Shown here piece after piece: positions 25,535-38,855 of a DNA stretch of 64,000 bases (positions are counted from its first letter, which is position 1; the number at the start of each line of letters is the position of its first letter). The position numbers and the translations under genes were made by a program. Below the pieces are notes generated by a model, which saw only the letters and a list, made by a program, of their open reading frames with translations, was not told the DNA's origin and ran no database searches. Location of the stretch: positions 9,673-73,672 of the forward strand of contig NW_021833454.1 in assembly GCF_006345805.1 (NCBI RefSeq), in the 5' to 3' direction. The DNA comes from Octopus sinensis. Its lineage: Eukaryota.

Positions 25535-26035
25535 AGCTATGTGGAAAGAAGCTTGCTTCCTAGCCACATGGTTCCGGGTTCAGTCCCACTACATGGCACC
25601 TTGGGCAACTGTCTTCTACTGTAGCCTTGGGCCGACCAAAGCCTTGTGAATGGACTTGGTAGACTGAAACTGAAAGAATCCCGTCGTGTATGTGTGTGTG
25701 TGCATATATACACACATACATACATACATACATACATACATACATACATACATACATACATACATACATACATACATACATACATGCATACATACATACA
25801 TATATGTGTATGTGTGTGTGTGTATCTGATGTATGCGTATCTTTCTGTCTATTTTAGTCCCCACCAGTACCGCTTGACAATTGTTGTTGGTGTATTTGCA
25901 TCCCCGTAACTTTGCGGCTCAGCAAAAGGGATCGATAGAATAAGTACCAGGTTTAAAAAAGAAGAGCTGGGGTCGATTCATTCGACTAAAAATGGCCGCA
26001 GTCTAATAACTGAAACGAGTAAAAGATAAAAAGAA
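25535..26035 (+). mobile_element. SINE family A with (CATA)n spacer
   Basis: Head, spacer and 3' half are present. Confidence 0.8.
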
Positions 26036-26445
26036 AAGCTGTGCGCGCGCGCGTGTATGTGTTGTGTGTGCGCGCGTATATATATTTATGTATATACACA
26101 CGCACACACATAAACACTCACACACACACACAACACACACACACATACATGCATACATTCGTAAATGTTTTAATACAAGAGCTGCGATAAAGGAGTCAAT
26201 GACGGAACCTTTGTGTGGTTGTTGTGAGCTGCTAGAAATGGCAACTAATTCTCTTGTTAATCTTTAGATAAAACTGTCACATTGGACAATATAGTCCTAG
26301 CACTACGTAAAGACTAGATAGTCATGACTGGAATGACTTTCATCGAAGAAATACTCAGTGAAAGACTAGACAACAATAGACACAAAGAAAATAGACAATT
26401 TCACAATGAATGTTGTGTACATGTTGAATGGAAAAAAGCACTCCT

Positions 26446-26625
26446 ACAGATTAAAGGAATACGTCACAGATTAAAGGAATACATCACAGATTAAAGGAAT
26501 ACATCACAGATTAAAGGAATACATCACAGATTAAAGGAATACGTAACAGATTAAAGGAATACATCACAGATTAAAGGAATACATCACAGATTAAAGGAAT
26601 ACGTAACAGATTAAAGGAATACAGT
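26446..26625. repeat. 20-bp minisatellite, 9 copies (ACAGATTAAAGGAATACATC)
   Basis: Counted directly. Variant endings are CGTC and CGTA. There are no spacers, so it is not a CRISPR array. Confidence 0.97.
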
Positions 26626-27462
26626 GACGTTTAATGTATTCTTTGGATAGTTACCCCTACGCGATCTGGGAATAAGAAATTCCCACTTTTTATTAAAAAA
26701 GACAGAAAGTAATGCCTCATTTGCCAAGAAGTAGAAGCCGTAGAAAGACCCAGACTTATGACGTAAGCCATATCATTTCCAATTAGGAGAGAATGTCGGC
26801 GAAATATCATCTTCTTGAGAGAGAAGATGGCTGGCAGAGAAATAAGTAATAATGATGAAGATATTGAGACCGATGGAAGGAAGAAATATTGGTTGAACTT
26901 AAAGATGGTGGTGGGTGGGTGGTGGGTGGGGGAAACAGCAATAAACTTTTAAATGAAAGCGACCAAATGTTGTTGGTTGGAACTAGGAAATAAAAATTTT
27001 TAGAAACCTGTTTTGTGAATTACAATCAGAAAGATTGAAGCAAGTAATACGTGTGTCTACAGACATACATGCATGCATATACACATACATACATACATAC
27101 ATACATACATACATACATACATACATACATACATACATACATACATCTTAGCGTCGAATACAGACGTGTTGGTATAGATGACCATTCATTCTCACGGATA
27201 ATGAAAATGATCGCCTATAACTCTTGCCACTAATACGGACCTGATGAAAAGAAAATGTTTATCTTCTTTCAGTAAATGCGAAGAAACAAACTTTTTGTAG
27301 AAAGATCGTAGCTGTAATCAGACAGTGAAATATATAGCACATAGTAAATTACTCTACACACACCTTGACGACGAAAGAACCAGGACGCGGCTAGCGAAGA
27401 TCTATCGACGAACTATCGAAAAAAGTTCCAGTGGGCTTTCGAAATGAACCAAAACCTATACC

Positions 27463-28064
27463 TATTTCTTTACTACCCACAAGGGGCTAAACACAGAGGT
27501 AACAAACAAGGACAAACAAACGGATTAAGTCGATTACATCGACACCAGTGCGTAACTGCTACTTAATTTATCGACCCCGAAAGGATGAAAAGCAAAGTCG
27601 ACCTCGGCGGAATTTGAACTCAGAACGTAGCGGCAGACGAAATACGTATTTCTTTACTACCCAAATGGGCTAAACACAGAGTTAACAAACAAGGATAGAC
27701 AAGCGGATTAAGTCGATTACATCGACCCCAGTGCGTAACTGCTACTTAATTTATCGACCCTGAAAGGATGAAAGGTAAAGTCGACCTCGGCGGAATTTCA
27801 ACTCAGAACGTAACGGCAGACGAAATACCTATTTCTTTACTACTCACAAGGGGCTAAACACAGAGGTAACAAACTAGGACAGACAAACGGATTAAGTCGA
27901 TTATATCGACCCCAGTGCGTAACTGGTACTTAATTTATCGACCCCGAAAGGATGAAAAGTAAAGTCGACCTCGGCGGAATTTCAACTCAGAACGTAACGG
28001 CAGACGAAATACAGCTACGCATTTCGCCCGGCGTGTTAACGTTTCTGCCAGCTCGCCGCCTTTT
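27463..28064 (-). mobile_element. SINE family B' multimer: head + 3 x ~184-bp units
   Basis: Units start at 27462, 27646 and 27829, and the head spans 28013-28060. TSD GAAC(C/T)AAAACCTATACC at 27446-27462 and 28065-28081. Confidence 0.9.
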
Positions 28065-28662
28065 GAACTAAAACCTATACCAGTTCTACAGAAGGGTTAA
28101 GGATGATCCTTCAACAGGCTGCATGAAAAAGCTCGAAGTGTATTGCGATGAGAAACTCGACATTCTCAATATTTTAAAAGAACAATTGCGTCATACACAC
28201 GTATGTTTGTGTGTGTGTGTGTTTGCGTGTATGTGAGTGTGTGTGGTATGTGAGTGTGTGTATGTGTGCTTTTGTGTGTGGGGGTGGGTGTTTGTGTATG
28301 TGTGTGTTTGTGTGCGTGTTTGCGTCTGCGCGTACGTGCGTACAGGTATCAAGTACGATATTTCTAATGGTAAGAAATTGTGTTAAATTTTGGCGTATTT
28401 CCGAGGAGACGATTTCATTACTCGCTTTTTCGCGTGAAGGACTCGCTGGAGATCTTCAACACACTTCGGTCAATATTACTTTCCAATAAAAAAGAAGAAA
28501 CAAGTATTTAAAGACTTTTATATTTCTTTTTTATGTTAGAAACATCTGCGACGTCTTAACCCACCACACACACACACCACCACCACCATCACCACCACAC
28601 AATTGTAATCCAAGGACAACAAGTCAGTACATGTCCTTCTAAACAGAAGCATATCTTTGTCC

Positions 28663-28987
28663 GTATGTATGTATGTATGTATGTATGTATGTATATATGC
28701 ATGTATGTATGTATGTATGTATGTATGTATGTAGGTGTGTATGTATGTATGTATGTATGTATGTATGTATGTATGTATATATGCATGTATGTATGTATGT
28801 ATGTGTGTATGTATGTATGTATGTATGTATGTGTGTATGTATGTATGTATGTATGCATGTATGTATGTATGTATGAATGTGTGTATGTATGTATGTATGT
28901 ATGTATGTATGTATGTATGTATGTACGTGTGTATGTATGTATGTATGTATGTATGTATGTATATATGTATGTATGCATGCATGTATG

Positions 28988-29021
<34 letters not shown>

Positions 29022-29351
29022 TGTACGTGTGTATGTATGTATGTATGTATGTATGTATGTATATATGTATGTATGCATGCATGTATGTATATATGTATGT
29101 ATGTATGTATGCATGTATGTATGTATGTATGTATGTATGTATGTAGGTATGTATGTATGTATGTAGGTGTGTATGTATGTATGTATGTATGCATGCATGT
29201 ATGTATATATGTATGTATGTATGCATGTATTTATGTATGTATGTATGTATGTATGTATGCATGTATGTATGTATGTATGTATGTATGTATGTATGTATGT
29301 ATGTATGCATGTATGTATGTATGTATGTATATATGTATGTATGCATGCATG

Positions 29352-29382
<31 letters not shown>

Positions 29383-29446
29383 TGTATGTAATGTATGTAT
29401 GTATGCATGCATGTATGTATGTATGTAATGTATGTATGTATGTATT

Positions 29447-29485
<39 letters not shown>

Positions 29486-29499
29486 TGTATGTAGGTGTG

Positions 29500-29530
<31 letters not shown>

Positions 29531-29598
29531 TGTATGTAATGTATGTATGTATGCATGCATGTATGTATGTATGTATGTAATGTATGTATGTATGTATT

Positions 29599-29633
<35 letters not shown>

Positions 29634-29790
29634 TGTATGTAGGTGTGTATGTATGTATGTATGTAATGTATGTAATGTATGTATGTATGCATGCATGTAT
29701 GTATGTATGTATGTAATGTATGTATGTATGTATTTATATATGTATGTATGTATGTATGTATGTAATGTATGTAGGTGTGTATGTATGTAT
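28663..29790. repeat. ~1.1-kb (TATG)n array with higher-order variant pattern
   Basis: Seen directly. GCAT, GTAAT and GTAGGT variants recur in blocks. Confidence 0.97.
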
Positions 29791-29805
29791 ACACACACAC
29801 ATATA

Positions 29806-30165
29806 TAGGGTGCGACGAGTAAATTGTCAGCATTTTATATTCTCAATTTCGCGCATGTGAATTGTTCATTTTTGAGGACATGTACTGAGAGTGATAAAAA
29901 TCAAACATCCAGTCAACTTCATGGTGTTTCGAGTGATCGCTAGCGATGGCGACCTTATCCCTCCATTCATCTCCCCACGCAGCCTCAAACTAAATACGGA
30001 GGCCTACATCAAGTGCCTGGAGTGGGTAGTGTTGCCCTAGGTCAAGAGAGTGGCTGCTGGAAGACCCTATACTTGGCCACAGGACCCTGCACCATACCAT
30101 ACAAGCACGAGCACCCAGTCATGGCTGTTAAACAATTTCTGCGACCCATCACCTCTAACATCTGG
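29806..30165 (+). pseudogene. maT/DD37D-like transposase fragment
   Basis: HPVNFMVFRVIASDGDLIPPF..LNTEAYIKCLEWVVLP*VKRVAAGRPYTWPQDPAPYHTS. The third catalytic residue is not present, so the family call rests on resemblance only. Confidence 0.7.
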
Positions 30166-30276
30166 TAAATATATCTGTTAAAATGAGATGTCAGTGTTAT
30201 TTTCATTTTAGCGTAATTTAGATTCGGCTCCATGGCGCTTTAAGTTTCGTGGACGCACAGAACTGAATAAAACTAT

Positions 30277-31044
30277 AATTATTTTCTACTCTAGGCACGA
30301 GGCCCGAAATTTGGGGGGATGGGCCAGTCGATTAGATCGACCTCAGTACGCAACTGGTACTTAATTTATCGACCCCGAAAGGATGAAAGGCACAGTCGAC
30401 CTTGGTGGAATTTGAACTTAGAACCTAAGGACAGACGAAATACTTATTTCTTTACTACCCACAAGGGGCTAAACACAGAGAGGACAAACAAGGACAGACA
30501 AACGGATTAAGTCAAATATATCGACCTCAGTGCGTAACTGGTACTTAATTTATCGACTCCGAAAGGATGAAATGTAAAGTCGACCTCGGCGGAATTTGAA
30601 CTCAGTACGTAAAGACAGACGAAATACCTATTTCTTTACTACCCACAAGGGGCTAAACGCAGAGAGGACAAACAAGGACAGACAAACGGATTAAGTCAAA
30701 TATATCGACCTCAGTGCGTAACTGGTACTTAATTTATCGACTCCGAAAGGATGAAAGGTAAAGTCGACCTCGGCGGAATTTGAACTCAGTACGTAAAGAC
30801 AGACGAAATACTTATTTCTTTACTACCCACAAGAGGCTAAACACAAAGGGGACAAACAAGGACAGACATAGGTATTAAGTCGATTACATCGACCCCAGTG
30901 CGTAACTGGTACTTAATTTATCGACCCCGAAAGGATGAAAGGCAAAGTCGACCTCGGCGGAATTTGAACTCAGAACGTAACGACAGACGAAATACGGCTA
31001 CGCATTTCGCCCGGCGTGCTAACATTTCTGCCAGCTCGATGCCT
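30277..31044 (-). mobile_element. SINE family B' multimer: head + 3 x 184-bp units + terminal family-B unit
   Basis: Unit junctions at 30444, 30628, 30812 and 30996. TSD TGAATAAAACTAT at 30264-30276 and 31045-31057. Confidence 0.9.
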
Positions 31045-31122
31045 TGAATAAAACTATTATTAAATAATTTATGTAACCCCTACGAAATACGTTGAGTGCC
31101 GCTTCCTTTCGTTTGTTCACTC

Positions 31123-31167
<45 letters not shown>

Positions 31168-31429
31168 AAAGCGTTGGTATAACCATGATTTTCTGTTGAT
31201 CGAATAGGTTAAGTTTCGATACCCACACTGATTTGTGAATACACTATTGTATCGTATGATGCGTGGCAGGCATATTAGTACAGAGATGTACAATGATTTA
31301 TTATACACTGAAATTATTATTACATGATGAAGGCTGCGAAACAGCTGTAAGCCTAAGGATGACAAGGGGGTTAAATAAATATATTCCTCTCCCGTACCTC
31401 CTGACTTTTTATGGGTTATACATATATTT

Positions 31430-31610
31430 TTTTCTTTCCTTTTTTTCTCTCTTTTTTCTCTCTCCTTGTTTCTTTCTGTGTTCCTTTCTGTAGAAGAGCG
31501 TAGGCTCGAAACGTAAAAGACTTTTTCTATTCCTGAGCGTTATACTAATACATCTGTTTGTTTTGCACACCACCTGTCTTCGTCTTTTGTTTTTTTTCGT
31601 GAACTCTCCC
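31430..31610 (+). ncRNA. PLE-LTR-like fragment with hammerhead variant (CUGUAGA core)
   Basis: 31484-31519 reads CTTT-CTGTAGA-A-GAGC-GTAG-GCTC-GAAA-CGT-A-AAAG. The fragment ends in (TA)n. Confidence 0.65.
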
Positions 31611-31642
<32 letters not shown>

Positions 31643-31999
31643 TTCCCTATATATATATATATACACACACACAAATTAACGTGTGTGTGTGTAGACAAGA
31701 GAAAACAGCCAGCACTGATCTGAATTTACTACGTGATATGTAAAATTCTAGGTAGCGACAGATTTTCAAACGAATGAAAGTGCACACACACACACCACAC
31801 ACACACACACACACGAGTGCGCGTGGCATGCATTCACACATCCACACAACACATGTTCCAGTGCGTATGTATACTTACATGTTCATATGAATGCACTGTT
31901 ATGCTCAACGCCGCAGGCGCACTCGAGCAATCGGGACTGACGCTTTACTCAAAAGTACAAAGAGACAAACGGGCGCGGGAGCGCGCGCACACACACACA

Positions 32000-32040
<41 letters not shown>

Positions 32041-33450
32041 GTACATATGATAGGAAGGCAGCCACACAGACAGACAGCGCTGATGTAACAGATGTGTAAT
32101 AATTGTTTAGACGGAAGTTGAATGAGTTGCAATGCTGAATGAAACGAGATCGATACCACCTGTTACCTTTAGGTTAATTCATACATCGCAAATGGTTGTT
32201 GTTGTTGGTGGTGGTGATTGTGGTGGCGGCGGTTGATGGTGGGTGTGATAGTGGTGGTGGTTGTGATGGTGGTGGTTGTGATGGTGGTGGTTGTGATGGT
32301 GGTGGTTGCATTGGTGGTAGTAGTTGTGGTGGTGGTGGTGGTGGTAATTGTGGTGAGTATATAGATTGTGCTAATAATGGTGGTGGTGGTGGTCATAGTC
32401 GTGGAGGTGATAGCGGTGTGGAGATGAGGAGTATCGTAATGGTGTATGTTGGTAACAATTTCTTTTCAATCCTGTTCGAGTTGACCTCTATGACCAAGTG
32501 TCTTCCTGACGTGACCAGCCAGTCTTGTATCTTTTCAGCCATGATATATCTTGGGCTCTGTCCCTGAATGTGTCCTTTTTCTTTTAAAGGAAAAGCACAT
32601 GGTTAAGTGCGATTTTACGGAGATGTGGTTACTATTTTTTGCAAATCGAGTAGCAACGTGGAAACTTCCTCCTGGTTTTGGACTCTTCCTTGATTTAACA
32701 GCCTGTAACCCCTAAAGAGTAGCCGTAATTTCTAAAATATCATGTTTGAAAAAAAATCGTGCGCGTGACAAGAAACTGTCTCGTAGAGGGGGGTCTCCCA
32801 TTAACGAATAACAATGTAATAAACGAGAAGAATTCGAGAAGATTAGTAATGATTGGTTCCGGCAGAAAATGGTTTCTATCAGTAATCAAAGATGCCGAGG
32901 AAGAAATAGACGTTTTGCTCGAAGCATTAATAAGTTAACTAAATAATAAAGTGGTGTAATGGGTCGAGAAATTTTTACCATATGAAAATTACAGCTTTGG
33001 TTATGAGAATAATCATTATGTAAATGACTAATTTCTGATAAAAACATAATAAGCATCACGCTTCACTGTTACAATATGGGTCAGTCGGTGAGTAGAGTTA
33101 ACGATACTTGGTGTGACCGGGTAGTGCATAAGAGAATACCTCTCTCCCTTTCTTCGGACAGTCACGATTGTGAATATTAAAGCTGTAATATTTTTAGTTA
33201 TTGATTAGGATTAATTAATGAATTATTTCAAATAGTATGTCTCCTAAATTCCTGTCAGACAGACATATCTCCTCTCACCTAATTCAACCACAACATTCAT
33301 GACATACATTTAAAATCGATATTATAGATATCAGCTTTTTTCGCTAATGTAAGAAACATACTTTTATACTGTGTGGTTGTTTATACTTTTCATGTTTTGT
33401 GAAAATATTGCTGTATACATCGTGAGTTTATGGTATTTATATATTCTAAG

Positions 33451-33820
33451 GAGCAGGAGCGGCTGTGTGGTAAGTAGCTTGCTTACCAACCACATGGCTC
33501 TGGGTTCAGTCTCACTGCGTGGCACCTTGAGCAGGTGTCATACTATAGCCTCGGGTCGACCAAAGCCTCGTTCGTGGATTTGGTAGACGGAAACTGAAAG
33601 AAGCCCGTCATATGTGTGTGTTTGTCCAGCATCCCCAACCATCGCTTGACAACCGATGCTGGTGTGTTTACGTCTCCGTAAATTAGCGGTTTGGCAAAAG
33701 GGACCGATAGAATAAGTACTAGGCTTACAAAGAATAAGTCCTGGGGTCGATTTGTTCGACTAATGGCAGTGCTCCAGCATGGCCGCAGTCAAATAAAAGA
33801 CTAAAAGAATAAAAGAATAA
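33451..33820 (+). mobile_element. SINE family A, full length
   Basis: Head GCAGGAGCGGCTGTGTGGTAAG, B-box-like GGGTTCAGTC, and tail ending (TAAAAGAA)n. Confidence 0.85.
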
Positions 33821-34045
33821 GGCGGTGAGGTGGCAGAATCGTTAGCACGCCGGACAAAATGCCTAGTGGTATTTCGTCCGTTTTAACGTTCTGAGTACAA
33901 ATGCTGCCGGTGCCGACTTTGCTTTTATTCTTTCTGGGTGGATAAAATAAGTACCGGTTGAGCAATGAGGTCAACGTAAAAGACTAAACTCCTTCCCTCA
34001 AAGTAGAAAGGAATGTAATAGATTTTATTTTGTGCCTGCTGTCAG

Positions 34046-34095
<50 letters not shown>

Positions 34096-34371
34096 GAACG
34101 AGACAGTTTCTTGCCAGGTGCACGATTTCACCATTATTTACACAGTTGCTCAGGTATCAACAGTCAATTGGACACCAATATTGTCCTCCGTTCTACACAT
34201 GATAACTCACACAGATAAATGATAAACACAGCAACTGTGTGTAGCTTCAATGTACAGTTGTTTTTGTTTTTATCTTTAAAGACGACTATCATTTTTTTTT
34301 TTTAGCCAAAAAGGAAATCAGAGCCAATAAGCCTTTTTTACGCGAGCATTGAAAGTGGTGGAAGATGAGGA

Positions 34372-34593
34372 GCTGGCAGAAACGTTACCACGTCGGGCGA
34401 AATGCTTAGCGGTATTTCGTCTGCGTTACGTTCTGAGTTCAAATTCCGCCGAGGTCGACTTTGCCTTTCATCCTTTCGGGGTCGATAAATTAAGTACCAG
34501 TTACGCACTGGGGTCGATGTAATCGACTTAATACCTATGTCTGTCCTTGTTTGTCCCCTCTGTGTTTGGCCCCTTGTGGGTAGTAAAGAAATA
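34372..34593 (+). mobile_element. SINE family B' monomer with 12-bp TSD
   Basis: TSD GGAAGATGAGGA at 34360-34371 and 34594-34605. Confidence 0.85.
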
Positions 34594-35334
34594 GGAAGAT
34601 GAGGAAACCAGAAGGATTTCAGAAGCCTGACACCCGGCTTGGCTGTTTGTAGCAGAAGGACTCTGCAAAAGACGACCAAAGTCCCAGGTGATGGTGCCAA
34701 ATCGGGCGTCGGAATAATTCTACCACCCGACAAGGATATAGCAGGATTTGAACTCAGAACGCAATGAACCGAAAAAATACTGTAAAGTATTCTATTGATG
34801 CTCCAACGGTTCTACCGGTTCGCCAACTGTTCGTGTTCGATACAAACACATATATATTCATAAACACACCAACACATAGACACATACATATACACACACA
34901 ATGCATACATACGTGTCTACATATATCTATGTGCTTATATGTACACACACACATATATATACATACATATATATATACATACATATATGCATGCATACAC
35001 ACACACATATATATACAGACAGATAAATAGATAGATTAGATAGATAGACAGATAGATCGATCGATAGATAGACAGACAGATAGATAGGTATATAGATAGA
35101 CAGACAAACAGATAGATAGATCGATAGATAGACAGATAAATAGCTAGATAAATAGATTGATAGACAGACAGACAGACAGATAGATAGATCGACAGACAGA
35201 TAGATAGATGTGTGAGTACACACACACACACACACAGACATCTATATACATGCGCACAGTTACACATTTCAAAAAGCTGTTCTACCATCACCGGTTAGGG
35301 TTCCGTGCTTGATGCTGTTCTTTTACTGCCATTT

Positions 35335-35690
35335 GATAGAACGAATTCATTTTCATGATGGCATTTCGAAATTAACTCTCATCTTTTATTTAACAACTTA
35401 AAGCATTGGTGAGGATGAAGCATTTTTTCATTATTACGGGGGTTGTACGATTTAGAACAGGCGTTGTATTTGTTGCTAAAATGTACGGAGCAGGTCATAC
35501 TAGACATTACTAATGCCATTATGTTTTAAATCCCATATGTATTTTGATAATGCAGCGCCATTTGTTTCGTCGAAAGCTTCAAATGTGGACTTGTAATTTA
35601 GACACTGGCTTTTCAAATTGCTCTAATACATTCCAATATAGGATTTAAGAGATTTTTTTTCTCAGCTGGGACACTGTAGTTAGGTAGATT
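35335..35690 (-). pseudogene. PLE GIY-YIG endonuclease C-terminal relic
   Basis: The minus strand reads KSYIGMY*SNLKSQCLNYKSTF..ALSKYIWDLK (YIG at 35632-40) and LLNKR*ELISKCHHENEF. These match PLE C-terminal motifs YIG..SKYIW.LK..LLNKRSE..SKCRH.NKF. Confidence 0.75.
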
Positions 35691-36199
35691 AGCGATTCGG
35701 CTTTGTATTGTTCGCAAAGTCATTGAATTACCGGATGGTTTGGAGGGCCCAGCTGTTGACATCAATATGAGGTCACACGTTACCACACAAAACAACAACA
35801 ACATAACACAAAATAGAAATACAAATTAATTATAGGAAACAATACAGAGAAATCTGAAAGAGAACGGAATAAAGGAAAAAAGCTACAATTCCGTGGCAAA
35901 AGAAAATTGCTTTATTGAATCAAATGGAAAATGTATTTTCTTCAGACAAATCAAAATTCTTTTGCTGCACCCACACTTGTTTTCTTCTTTTCATACTAAG
36001 TCAGTAACTGAACTACAGCCATGCTGGAGCACCGCCTGCAAGAGTTTAGTCGATCAAATTGATCATGGTGCATGTTTTCGAAGTCCGGTACTTCGTCAGT
36101 CGTACTCTTTTACAGAACTGCTTGGTTGTGGGGATATAAACAATCCAACACCGGTTGTCAAAATACAGGACTGACACAAATACACACACAAATAGATAG

Positions 36200-36236
<37 letters not shown>

Positions 36237-37461
36237 TAAAGTAAGAGACAGACAGATAGTTAAACAGAGAGATAGACAGATAGACAGACAAACAGACAGA
36301 TAACTAGTTAGATAGATAGATAGATAATTAAAGAGAGAGAAACAGAGACAGACACAGATAGACAGAGAGATAGGTAGACAGACATATAGATTGACAGACA
36401 GACAGACAGACAGATAGATAGATAGATAGACAGATAGGCAGACAGACAGATAGATGGATGGATGGATAGATAAACAGAGTAGAATATTTCTGGATATATC
36501 ATATAACCGGATCACCATTGGTTTCGTGTCTATTATTGCACTTGGTAACACAGGCAGCTCATCAGATTTGCGTGTATGCAGGTATGCAGGTATGTATGCA
36601 GGTATGTATGTACATATATATGTGTGTATTTGTACATATATGTATGTATGCATATGTATGTATACATATGGATGAATGATATGCATATATATACATGTAT
36701 ACATACGCACACACTCAAAGTTATAGGCACTCACTCACACACGTGTGTGGGGGGGGGGATAGGCGGAGTCAGCACTTGTGTTCAGCGTTGGACACTCATC
36801 TTTAAGGATGCATGTGTACACATGCATGTATGTGTGTGTGTGTGTGTGTGTGTGCGTGTGTCTGTGTGTGTGTGTCTGTGTAAGCATAAGCTTCTCTGCA
36901 GACGTTTACCTGCATGTGTGTGTATATATGTATACAATTAAGTATGGTAGCATGTGCGTGTATATGTACAGGTATTTACGTCTATGAGTGTATGCGTGTG
37001 TGTGTGTGTGTGTATGCGTATGTGTGTGTGTGTGTATGTGTGTGTGTGTGTCTACCTTTCTCTTTACTCTCTCTCTCTCTCCCTCCCTCCCTCCCTCTCT
37101 AAACGAGGTGTTATATTTACGTCACTTCTCTAATTTTCTTCCTGTTCTTCTTCTTCTTCTTGTTGGTGTTGGTCATTGTCAATGTCGGCGATGTTGTTAT
37201 TATTGTTGGTGTTGTTGTTGTTTTTGTCGTCTGTTTGTTCTTTTATTCACCTCGAAATGAGTTTAGTTAAGTCTAGAACAACAATAATTGTTGTTCTCGT
37301 TGTTCTTGTTGTCTTTTGTTGATTTTTTTGTCGCTGATAAAGGCATTCCACCGCCATTAAATGGAGACAGTGTTTAGGGGTAGGACACACTCACACACTT
37401 ACACACACCTTCTTGCTCATTTGCTCACCTCTGTCTCTCCTCTCACCACATATATATATAT

Positions 37462-37494
<33 letters not shown>

Positions 37495-37640
37495 CATATG
37501 CATACAGACACACATATATACGCACAAGCACATACAACATACATACAAACATATATACACATCTTTATACGAATGTATATACATTTGTGTATGCGTCATC
37601 GTGTATTATACTTATATGTATACATACATGCCTACATATA

Positions 37641-37706
<66 letters not shown>

Positions 37707-37757
37707 AATAGAGAGAGAGAGAAATAGAGAGAGAGATGTATAGATAGATAGACAGAC

Positions 37758-37825
<68 letters not shown>

Positions 37826-37967
37826 GTACTTGTAATTAGTTAGCACACGTAGACAAGGTAGTGTGGTTATGAAATTTGCTTCGTGGTTTCAGGTTCAAGC
37901 GCAGCACCCTTTTCCTTGAACATGCTAGTGTTTAATTCATTTATCATTATCATTATTATTATCATCA

Positions 37968-38008
<41 letters not shown>

Positions 38009-38017
38009 TTATCATCA

Positions 38018-38060
<43 letters not shown>

Positions 38061-38117
38061 CATCATTATTATTATTATTTTATCATCATCATTATTATTA
38101 TTATTATTATTATTATT

Positions 38118-38670
38118 GAGTGAGAGAGCAGTTCATGCCATCAAAGTGACACTGGGGTAAAATATACGAAGCCCAATATACCCATCATGACTACCCGTCT
38201 GATAAAGGTACACCAGGCACATGCATCACAACCATATGTGCGCGACATGGTGATCTCATATCAAGATAAACAGCACATGACCTTGCAGGTGGGGCCCAGT
38301 TAGAATTTTCTTCAGGTTGAGTAGCCCATCCCGCTCAAACGGTCCCTGAATAAGGGTTGCTTAAGGATGTTGAAAGAACCACCCATGTTTCCAGAGGTGA
38401 ACTATTCAAACCCCAAAGAATCCCTCTCAACACATGGCTATGATGCTCCCCCACTACTTCTGCTCGTGATCAGAGATGCACATATCGTCAGCCACTAGGG
38501 ATATGCTCAACTGGTTAAGGTCAAACAACTGACAAGCAAATCTGTGGTATTGAGCAGAATATTTGCTGTAGCCCATCTTTTATACCAAGACAAAACAATG
38601 TACATGATAACACTTCCAATCAGTTAAGATCAGAAGCCATGAGAGCCACTGCCTGGTACTGCATCAGGGC

Positions 38671-38672
<2 letters not shown>
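38118..38672. mobile_element. ~555-bp non-coding element embedded in a (TTA/TAA)n array
   Basis: Unique sequence with sharp boundaries between two long (TTA)n tracts (37950-38117 and 38673-38855). No TIR or ORF. Confidence 0.6.
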
Positions 38673-38730
<58 letters not shown>

Positions 38731-38758
38731 CATTATTATTATTATTTTATCATCATCA

Positions 38759-38855
<97 letters not shown>

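Noticed and set aside
26446-26625. CRISPR-like appearance
   Set aside because: The repeats are contiguous with no unique spacers, there are no cas genes, and the context is eukaryotic.
27462-28012. Ribozyme within the 184-bp multimer unit (retrozyme hypothesis)
   Set aside because: The unit has small hairpins, but no hammerhead core or complete HDV fold was found by eye on either strand.
31324-31349. ATGATGAAGGCTGCGAAACAGCTGTA hammerhead remnant
   Set aside because: The palindromic stem III is suggestive, but C3 is mutated, stem II is deleted and stem I is absent. Counted only as a remnant, as is 36511-36568.
32169-32567. Gly/Thr/His-rich ORFs (also 41069-41372 and 46108-46615)
   Set aside because: They derive from (GGT)n/(CAC)n microsatellites, with no splice or codon evidence.
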